Shown piece by piece: positions 12,340 through 20,300 of a stretch of 32,000 nt of DNA (position 1 is its first letter; the number at the start of each line of letters is the position of its first letter). Both the position numbers and the translations under genes were made by a program. This DNA is from Synechocystis sp. PCC 6803 substr. PCC-P (GTDB taxonomy: Bacteria; Cyanobacteriota; Cyanobacteriia; Cyanobacteriales; Microcystaceae). The notes beneath the pieces were generated by a model that saw only the letters and a list, made by a program, of their open reading frames with translations, did no database searches and was not told the DNA's origin. The DNA is taken from NCBI RefSeq assembly GCF_000284455.1, contig NC_017039.1, positions 570,001 through 602,000 of the forward strand, written 5' to 3'.

Positions 12340-12579
12340 ATGTTTAAACAATTAGGAGTTCTGGCCACATTTATTGCCTTTGCGTTGGCCCTGGCGGTGT
12401 CGAGTAATATCCCCAGTGAAGTCACCAGTCTGCCCCAACAATCCCTCACCATTGCCCAACAATCCAAACAACAAGCCCGGCTCCGTTTGCAACGCTCTCT
12501 ACAGCAATTACTCCTACGGCCCCATCGTTTTTCCGGCTCCAGCAATGGGGTAGTCAATCCCAAGGCAGAATATTTTTAG
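12340..12579 (+). CDS. Small secreted/hypothetical protein (79 aa)
   Basis: MFKQLGVLATFIAFALALAVSSNIPSEV signal-like N-terminus; ribosome-binding-like GAAAGGAGGG just upstream of ATG. Confidence 0.6.
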   Translation: MFKQLGVLATFIAFALALAVSSNIPSEVTSLPQQSLTIAQQSKQQARLRLQRSLQQLLLRPHRFSGSSNGVVNPKAEYF

Positions 12580-12582
12580 TTC

Positions 12583-13194
12583 CTACCAAATGCGGGTCAA
12601 ATCAAGCACAAAACCGGGCATTACTTCATTGCAATCTATTTCCTTTGGCAACGTTAAAACTTCTGTCGCCTGGGAAGAACGATAAATCTCAACCTGTTGG
12701 TTTTGGGGATTGATCAATAACCCCAATCGTACCCCCAGCCGTCGATACTCTTGCATTTTTTCCTGTAATGGTTTCAGGTTATCCGTTGCGGAGCGGAGTT
12801 CAATAACAAAATCTGGTACCACAGGGATAAAGCCAACTATTTCGATCCCTTCAAGCTTCGATTGCTCAATCCACGACACATCCGGCGACAATTTACCGCC
12901 CCCCAATGAAGTGAAGTCATAGCCACAGGAAGAATCAAAGGCTTGACCCAAGTTTGTTCGGCGATTCCAAAGACCAACATCGATCGCCAGATCAAGATTT
13001 TTCCGGCTGGTTTCTCCCCCCGCTGGTGCCATAACAATTAATTCGCCATCTTTGGTTAACTCAAGCCGTAGGTCTGGGTTATCAAGGCAAAGCTGATCAA
13101 AATGCTCCGGCGAGACTTTTAAAGTGACATGGCTCACATTCAACAATAATGACCCTTGATTGATTGAGCTAATTGGCGGGGTTAGGGTTGCCAT
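12583..13194 (-). CDS. Uma2 family (DUF820) endonuclease-fold protein
   Basis: LVMAPAGGETSRKNLDLAIDVGLWNRR, DFTSLGGGKLSPDVSWIEQSKL, VPDFVIELRSATDNL, EYRRLGVRLGLLINPQNQQVEIYR. Confidence 0.9.
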   Translation of the reverse strand: MATLTPPISSINQGSLLLNVSHVTLKVSPEHFDQLCLDNPDLRLELTKDGELIVMAPAGGETSRKNLDLAIDVGLWNRRTNLGQAFDSSCGYDFTSLGGGKLSPDVSWIEQSKLEGIEIVGFIPVVPDFVIELRSATDNLKPLQEKMQEYRRLGVRLGLLINPQNQQVEIYRSSQATEVLTLPKEIDCNEVMPGFVLDLTRIW

Positions 13195-13258
13195 AACTTC
13201 TCCTCGGTTCGCTGAACATTGGGATAGTTAACTATTCTTATTTTGGTTAACTTCAATT

Positions 13259-13675
13259 CTAATCACTTCCTTTGGCACAAAGTTGACAAAGCCCGAAGAA
13301 TTCTAGGGTGTGATAGTAAATCCGAAAAGAATAATTAGCCTGCAAATTTTCCTCTAGGGACTGCACAGGGCAACCCTGAATGGGTACCGATTCCCCACAC
13401 TGCAAACAGGTCAAACAATGTTGGTCCTGCTCTAGGGTTTGGTAAAGCAATTCCCCTGTCATGGTGGCCTGATGTTGGATAAATCCGGCTAACTTGAGGG
13501 CATCTAAAGCTCGGTACACCGTGGCCAAGCCAATTTTTTTTGTTTCCCGCAGTTTGGCGAAGAGGGCTTGGGCCGACAGGGGCTCCGTTTCCCTTTGCAA
13601 AGCTTGGAGCACCAGTCTTTGGTTGACTGTGAGGGACTCTAGGCGAACGGCAAGGGAAGGAGTGGGAAGACTCAT
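13259..13675 (-). CDS. zur: Zinc uptake regulator, Fur family
   Basis: TVNQRLVLQALQRETEPLSAQALFAKLRETKKIGLATVYRALDAL winged helix; CxxC pairs CLTCLQCG and CQLC; divergent from znuABC. Confidence 0.93.
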   Translation of the reverse strand: MSLPTPSLAVRLESLTVNQRLVLQALQRETEPLSAQALFAKLRETKKIGLATVYRALDALKLAGFIQHQATMTGELLYQTLEQDQHCLTCLQCGESVPIQGCPVQSLEENLQANYSFRIYYHTLEFFGLCQLCAKGSD

Positions 13676-13698
13676 GACAAGGTGGAGGAATTATGCAA

Positions 13699-13713
13699 TG
13701 ATAATGATTATCG
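13699..13713. promoter_or_regulatory. Zur-box-like palindrome between zur and znuA
   Basis: TGATAATGATTATCG: 7-1-7 inverted repeat with 6/7 matching half-site positions, embedded in AATGATAATGATTATCGTTTA. Confidence 0.8.
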
Positions 13714-13781
13714 TTTATTGTCCTAATGCCAAAGGGATAAATTTCCCATCAGCTTGATCTTCACTGTATTGCACATCGGTA

Positions 13782-14798
13782 ATGTTCATTTTCCCCGCTG
13801 TTCCCCGCTTTGTCCAACCCCTTGGTGTTGCTTTTGTTCTGGGTTTGAGCACCCTAGGCTGTCAGCCCGCTGTTGAACAGGTTGGGCAAAATGGTCAAGT
13901 TGAGGATGCTCCGGTGGCAGATGCCATGGATATTACGGTGAGTATTCCACCTCAACAATACTTTTTGGAAAAAATTGGTGGTGACTTAGTTCGAGTCAGC
14001 GTACTGGTACCGGGTAATAATGATCCCCACACCTATGAGCCCAAACCCCAACAGTTGGCGGCCCTAAGTGAAGCAGAAGCCTATGTTTTGATCGGTCTTG
14101 GTTTTGAGCAACCTTGGTTGGAGAAGTTAAAGGCGGCCAATGCCAACATGAAATTAATTGATTCGGCCCAAGGCATAACCCCCCTGGAAATGGAGAAGCA
14201 TGACCATAGTCACGGGGAGGAAGAAGGGCACGATGACCATAGCCACGATGGCCACGACCATGGGTCAGAGTCAGAAAAGGAAAAAGCTAAGGGAGCATTG
14301 ATGGTGGCGGATCCCCACATTTGGTTGTCCCCTACCTTGGTGAAACGACAGGCCACCACGATCGCCAAGGAGTTGGCGGAATTGGACCCGGATAATCGCG
14401 ACCAGTATGAGGCTAATTTAGCTGCATTTTTAGCGGAACTAGAGCGGTTAAATCAAGAATTAGGACAAATATTGCAACCTTTACCCCAAAGGAAATTTAT
14501 TGTTTTCCATCCTTCTTGGGCTTACTTTGCTCGGGATTACAACTTGGTACAAATTCCCATCGAAGTGGAAGGGCAAGAACCCAGCGCCCAGGAATTGAAA
14601 CAGTTAATTGATACGGCCAAGGAAAATAATCTAACCATGGTGTTTGGGGAAACCCAGTTCAGTACCAAAAGTTCCGAGGCGATCGCCGCTGAAATCGGAG
14701 CGGGGGTGGAGTTACTCGATCCTTTAGCCGCTGATTGGTCTAGCAATCTCAAAGCCGTTGCCCAAAAAATCGCCAATGCTAACAGTGCCCAGCCCTAA
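13782..14798 (+). CDS. znuA: Zinc ABC transporter substrate-binding lipoprotein
   Basis: Lipobox-like LSTLGC; NNDPHTYEPKPQQLAAL; His/Asp-rich loop HDHSHGEEEGHDDHSHDGHDHG; ADPHIWLSP. Confidence 0.95.
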   Translation: MFIFPAVPRFVQPLGVAFVLGLSTLGCQPAVEQVGQNGQVEDAPVADAMDITVSIPPQQYFLEKIGGDLVRVSVLVPGNNDPHTYEPKPQQLAALSEAEAYVLIGLGFEQPWLEKLKAANANMKLIDSAQGITPLEMEKHDHSHGEEEGHDDHSHDGHDHGSESEKEKAKGALMVADPHIWLSPTLVKRQATTIAKELAELDPDNRDQYEANLAAFLAELERLNQELGQILQPLPQRKFIVFHPSWAYFARDYNLVQIPIEVEGQEPSAQELKQLIDTAKENNLTMVFGETQFSTKSSEAIAAEIGAGVELLDPLAADWSSNLKAVAQKIANANSAQP

Positions 14799-14811
14799 TG
14801 CCAACGTCCCC

Positions 14812-15645
14812 ATGGTTGATTCCCTACTCTCCCAACCAGTAATTGCCGTTGAAAATTTATTCGCTGGTTATGGCGCGACGCCAGTGCTAGAAAATATTAA
14901 TCTGCGGGTGGAGGAAAGGGATTTTCTGGGCTTAATTGGCCCTAACGGCGGGGGAAAAACCACTCTGCTCAAAGTACTGTTGGGATTAATTCAACCCCAG
15001 CAAGGTACGGTACAAATTCTCGGGCGGTCAGTGGAACAGGGGCGGCGTTACGTGGGCTATGTACCCCAATGGTTAGAGTTTGACCGGGCGTTTCCAGTGC
15101 GGGTGTTGGACGTGGTCAGGATGGGCCGTTTGGGGCGGGGTAAATTATTTCGCCGTTATCACCAGCAGGATGAAGCCATTGTACGCCGTTGTTTAGAGCA
15201 GGTGGGCATGGGAGATTTAGGCGATCGCCCCTTGGGGACCCTGTCTGGAGGACAACGGCAACGGGTTTACATTGCCAGGGCCCTAGCTTCCCAACCGCAG
15301 ATTTTATTGCTGGACGAACCCACCGCCAATGTAGACAGCAAAGTGCAAAGAAGTATTTACGAGTTATTGGGGGAACTGAATCAAACCATGACCATTGTGA
15401 TGATTTCCCACGACCTGGGGGCCATTTCCCGCTATGTCAAAACCGTTGGTTGCCTCAACCGTAGTTTGCACTATCACCAGGAGAAATTTATTACGCCCCA
15501 GATGATTGAAGCCACCTATCAATGTCCGGTGGATTTAATTGCCCATGGTGTGCCCCATCGGGTTTTCCCTAGCCATGATCCGGCTTTACCCGGGTTAGAT
15601 GCAACCAATGGCCAGGGGCATACAGCGGAGTGTCACCATGATTGA
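14812..15645 (+). CDS. znuC: Zinc ABC transporter ATP-binding protein
   Basis: Walker A GPNGGGKTTL, LSGGQRQRVYIARAL signature, ILLLDEPTANVD Walker B. Start refined to ATG 14812 (MVDSLLSQPVIAVENL). Confidence 0.94.
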   Translation: MVDSLLSQPVIAVENLFAGYGATPVLENINLRVEERDFLGLIGPNGGGKTTLLKVLLGLIQPQQGTVQILGRSVEQGRRYVGYVPQWLEFDRAFPVRVLDVVRMGRLGRGKLFRRYHQQDEAIVRRCLEQVGMGDLGDRPLGTLSGGQRQRVYIARALASQPQILLLDEPTANVDSKVQRSIYELLGELNQTMTIVMISHDLGAISRYVKTVGCLNRSLHYHQEKFITPQMIEATYQCPVDLIAHGVPHRVFPSHDPALPGLDATNGQGHTAECHHD

Positions 15646-16444
15646 GGCGATGGTTCAGGCGTTGCAATACGAATTTATGCAAAACGCCATCGTAGCTAGT
15701 TTGCTGGTCAGCTTAGCCTGTGGATTAATTGGCTCTTTTATTGTCATCAACCGCATGGTTTTCATCAGCGGTGGGGTAGCCCACGCGGCCTATGGAGGCA
15801 TTGGTTTGGGCTACTATTTTGCCTTTAATCCCCTCTGGGGAGCGTTTGTTTTTTCCCTAGTGATGGCTTTGGCCATGGGTTGGGTAGCAAGGAAATATCA
15901 ACAGCGCAGCGACACGTTAATTGGGGTGATGTGGGCCCTGGGCATGGCGATCGGCATCATGTTGATCGATTTAACCAAAGGTTATAAGGCCGATGTGGCT
16001 AGTTATCTTTTCGGCAGTATTTTGACGGTGCCCCGGCAGGAACTCTGGCTCATGGCAGGGCTAGACATGTTGATTATCATTCTTTTATTCTTACTTTATA
16101 AAGAGTTTTTGGCCATTTCTTTTGATCCGGTCTATGCCACTACCCGTAATTTGCCAGTGGATATTCTTTATCTAACTCTAGTGGCGGCCATTGCTTTAAC
16201 GGTGGTGATGGTGATGCAATTAGTGGGATTAATTATGGTCATTGCCCTGTTGAGTATTCCAGCGGCGATCGCCGGTCAATATGTGCGGGATGTGCCCCAA
16301 ATGATGGCTGTGGCCAGTGGATTGGGGATGGTCTTTTGCGGTGTTGGATTAGCTCTTTCCTACAGCTTTAACCTTTCCTCTGGAGCAACCATTATTTTGG
16401 TGGCCAGCATTGCCTATCTAATCAGTTTGGCGTTTAGACGCTGA
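15638..16444 (+). CDS. znuB: Zinc ABC transporter permease
   Basis: MIEAMVQALQYEFMQNAIVASLLVSLACGLIGSFIVINRMVFISGGVAHAAYGGIGLG: FecCD/ABC-3 family permease; overlaps znuC stop by 8 bp. Confidence 0.95.
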   Translation: MIEAMVQALQYEFMQNAIVASLLVSLACGLIGSFIVINRMVFISGGVAHAAYGGIGLGYYFAFNPLWGAFVFSLVMALAMGWVARKYQQRSDTLIGVMWALGMAIGIMLIDLTKGYKADVASYLFGSILTVPRQELWLMAGLDMLIIILLFLLYKEFLAISFDPVYATTRNLPVDILYLTLVAAIALTVVMVMQLVGLIMVIALLSIPAAIAGQYVRDVPQMMAVASGLGMVFCGVGLALSYSFNLSSGATIILVASIAYLISLAFRR

Positions 16445-16445
16445 G

Positions 16446-16590
16446 AACGTGTTTGGAAAGTTTTATTCCGCCCCCTAAATTGACCCACTAAAGCTCCGGC
16501 TTAAAAAGGGGGACTTTGGTAACCGTTCCCTCCTTCGGAAGGGGGGCTAGGGGGGATTAAACAGCCAAAACCCAGCTTTTGAAACACGCT
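16446..16590. repeat. MITE-like interspersed inverted-repeat element
   Basis: Imperfect inverted termini AACGTGTTTGGAAAG ... CTTTTGAAACACGCTT. Interior carries G/C runs (CCCCCTAAATTG, GGGGGACTTTGG, CCTTCGGAAGGGGGGCTAGGGGGG) typical of cyanobacterial intergenic repeats. Confidence 0.6.
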
Positions 16591-16626
16591 TTGAAGTAAG
16601 CATCCCCGTTTTTCCCATTCCACGTC

Positions 16627-16764
16627 CTAGGGGTCAGAAAAACGTTCCCCTTTTAATAGGCCTTGATTAATTTTGTTGGTGACCAATTCCCGGTACATGG
16701 CCAGTTCTTGGGAGAGCAATTCATAGCGGGGCTTGCCATGGAGGGTCCAGGTCTTGATGTTGGA
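16627..16764 (-). pseudogene. C-terminal remnant of an unidentified gene
   Basis: Minus-strand open frame NIKTWTLHGKPRYELLSQELAMYRELVTNKINQGLLKGERFSDP* reads as protein-like but has no start and is closed upstream by a stop. Confidence 0.35.
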
Positions 16765-16959
16765 TTATCCCCCTTCCGGCTTAGCTCGGTATTTTGGCTT
16801 GGATAAAAAAATTGGGCAATGATGACAAAAAAAGTTTCAAGCTGGGATGGTTGGTAAGTTTCGATGGTGTACAATTTTGTCAACGTCATTTTTATGGCAA
16901 TAGAGGAGCAATTTAGAGCAATTTTTGTTTATTTGTCGATTTGTTGAGCTTTTATTGCC

Positions 16960-17247
16960 GTGGCTATTCTCGTTCCTTCCGCTCTCAGCGTTGTTTACGA
17001 AAACTTGATTGAGTTCACCAACTCCCCTCGTTTTTGGCGTAAATTAGCAATTATCTTCGGTACTAATTTTGACCGAGTTCAGGCGAAACAACTCCAGCAA
17101 CAATGGCAAAAAGAAGATTTTAGACAGTTGCCGACCATGCGAATTTTAGACCAGGACATGGCCGGCTTGTTGGGATCCCATGCCCAGAGTACAGATATCA
17201 TTCCCTATGTATTTCTGATTATTTATATCCATATGCTGACTGAATAG
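16960..17247 (+). pseudogene. Truncated/degenerate copy of the N-terminal domain of the adjacent giant repeat protein
   Basis: LSVVYENLIEFTNSPRFWRKLAIIFGTNFDRVQAKQLQQQW...DFRQLP...GSHAQSTDII aligns with LSLVYGKLSAFAGLESFWQNFEIIYGNNYDVVAVEALRSRW...DFSDLP...GAYAQSINKIY of the next gene (about one third identical over ~75 aa). Confidence 0.65.
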
Positions 17248-17329
17248 CAGAAAATATTGTTTATGAGAACTCCGGATGTCAGGCCTTCATCTAAGTAATG
17301 CATAAATCCTGTTTATTTGAGAATTTTCT

Positions 17330-20300
17330 ATGAGCGTCTACAATCTTGATTTGTCCTTAGTCTATGGGAAACTGTCCGCTTTTGCAGGCTTGGAGAGTTT
17401 TTGGCAGAATTTCGAGATTATTTATGGAAATAATTATGATGTTGTCGCCGTAGAAGCTTTGCGAAGTCGTTGGGCTATTGGAGATTTTAGCGATCTTCCT
17501 GTCATTGAAGTACTCAGTGCCGAAACCTTGGGCTCTGCTGTGGGAGCCTATGCCCAAAGTATCAATAAAATTTATCTGTCTGACCAATTTGTTGCCACTG
17601 CCCCCCCAGACGCTCTGATTGAAGTCATCCTCGAAGAGATTGGACATTTTGTGGATGCTCAAGTTAACGCAGTCGATACCATAGGAGATGAAGGACAATT
17701 ATTTGCAGATCTAGTGTTGGGAGATGTTGTCTCTGCGTCGGAATTGGCAAGGATAAAAGCCGAAGATGATACACACACCATCATTATCAATGGTCAATCA
17801 TTACAGGTTGAACAGTCAGTACAGTCTTTAATAGGCGAGTCGGTTACTGTCAATGTGCGTTTCACCGGTAGTGGTTCTGATGGCAGCTTCAATTTTGACC
17901 TGTTTACCCAAACATTTACCGTAACGTCAGGACAGGAAATCACAGATCAAGCTATCACTGCTACTTTTAATTCATCAGGATCCCCCCAAACGCTGACCGG
18001 CAACGTAGACATAGATGTATCGGAAAATACCATCTATGTGAATTTTTCGGGTACTCAGCAAGGAGGAGCTTTAACTTTCATTTTTACATCTCTAGCAGAT
18101 GAATCAATAGGTTCTGTTGAATCTGTGATTCAGACAAATGTATCTGGTTTCACTACTGGCGTTAACCAACCTCTCACCCCTTCTGTATCAAACAATAATG
18201 TTACTGTTGGTTTTTTCCCCTTTGGTTCTCAGCCTGGCGTTAATCTCTCTCAGACCTCTACACTTACCTATGGAACTCCCCCCACGGATAACACTCCGCC
18301 CAATGCCCCGTCTACGCCAGATTTGAGTGCAAGCAGTGATAGTGGGCTTTCTAGTACAGACAACATCACCAATGACACCACACCAACGTTTAACGGTACG
18401 GCTGAAGCCAACAGCACGGTAACCCTATTTAGTGGAGGTAGTACCCAGATAGGAAGCACCACTGCCAATGGCTCAGGAAATTGGACAATTACGGCTTCGA
18501 CTCCAGCTGATGGCAACTACAGTATTACTGCCAAAGCTACCGATGCTGCGGGCAATGTTAGTACGGCTTCTTCAGCCTTAGGCATTACTATTGATAACAC
18601 TACTCCAAACCTCGCTAGTGCTATTGAGATTAGTGACACCGCTCTAAAAATCGGTGATACAGCGACCGTTACCTTTACTTTTTCCGAAGCAGTAATTGGG
18701 TTTACAAATGCAGATATTATTGTCGTCGACGGTTCTTTGTCATCTCCAACGTCATCCGACGGAGGAATAACCTGGACAGCCACTCTTACCCCAAATGCTA
18801 ATGCTGAATCTAATTCCAATGTTATTACCCTAGACAATACAGGGATTAGTGACCTAGCTGGGAATAACGGAACCGGCACAACAACATCAGTTAGCTATGC
18901 TGTAGATACTATTCCCCCTACACTCACCTCTATTGATGATGGGGATGATGATAACATTGTTCCTATCGACACTCCGCTGACCTATACCCTGACCTTCAGT
19001 GAAGATATAGACTCCACAACTGTCACTGCTGATGATTTTGACAATGCGGGAACAGCGACAATTTCTATTGGAACCATTACAGAAACCAGCTCGGGGGTAT
19101 TTTCTGTAGTTGTCACTCCTAACACTTCAGGCACTATCATTCTGCAGATTCCTAATGGGGCAGTGCTTAGCGATATGGCAGGCAATAATCTAGCAGTCCC
19201 TGTGCAAGATGATGATGAACTTCAAGTCAACCAAGGACCCAGCGCTGTTATAGTTCCTAATGCCAGTCTGGCAGAAAATACCGATACTACGAACCCACTC
19301 AAAGTAGCGGATATTGCTATTACCGATGATGGTTTAGGGAGTAATGATATCAGCCTGTCAGGTATTGATGCAGCCTTTTTTGAAGTCATTGGGCAGAGTC
19401 TCTTTCTCAAGGCTGGTACAGTATTGAACTTTGAGAGTAAAGCCAGCTATACCGTCACAGTGAATGTGGATGATGACACGGTAGGTAGTACCCCTGACTT
19501 GACTGCGGATTTCAAGTTAACTATCAATAACCTAGATGAAGTAGCGCCAACCATCACATCGGGAGATACAGCAAAGGCGATCGCCGAAAATAGTGGTGCG
19601 AATCAAATAATTTACCAAGTAAAAGCAACGGATGATGGTGACATAAGTGCAGGAATAACCTTTGGCTTGAAACCGGGGGATGATGCTGACTCGTTTATCA
19701 TCAATGCCACCACTGGAGAAGTTAAGTTAATTGGCAATCCTGACTTTGAAACCCAATCCAGTTATAAATTCACCGTTACTGCTGACGATGGAGTTAACCC
19801 GGCCACCGAACAATTGGTTAATTTAGCCATCATTGACCTAGACGAAATAGCTCCTACTATCACATCGGGAGATACGGCGAAGGCGATCGCCGAAAATAGT
19901 GGTGCGAATCAAGTAATTTATCAAGTCACTGCCACAGATGATGCTGACGTAAGTGCAGGAATAACATTTGGTTTAAAGCCAGGGAATGATGCTGACCTGT
20001 TTATCATCAACTCCACCACCGGACAAGTAATCCTAACTGAAAACCCAGATTTTGAAACACAATCCAGTTATAAATTCACGGTTACTGCTAGCGATGGGGT
20101 TAATCCTGCCACCGAAAAAATAGTTACCCTAGCCATCATTGACTTAGACGAAATAGCTCCTACTATCACATCGGGAGATACGGCAAAGGCGATCACCGAA
20201 AATAGTGGTGCCAATCAAGTAATTTACGAAGTTATTGCCACAGATGATGCTGACGTAAGTGCCGGAATAACATTTGGTTTAAAGCCAGGGAATGATGCTG

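Noticed and set aside
12294-12563. 89-aa minus-strand ORF
   Set aside because: Opposes the 12340-12579 plus ORF, which has a signal-like N-terminus and good ribosome-binding site. The minus translation is Arg/Cys-rich and looks like a shadow frame.
13699-13713. Fur box controlling iron genes
   Set aside because: The palindrome lies between zur and zinc transporter genes, so Zur is the more economical reading.
16653-16889. 78-aa minus ORF MTLTKLYTIETYQPSQ...
   Set aside because: Low coding quality. The more protein-like minus frame here is the 16627-16764 remnant in another frame.
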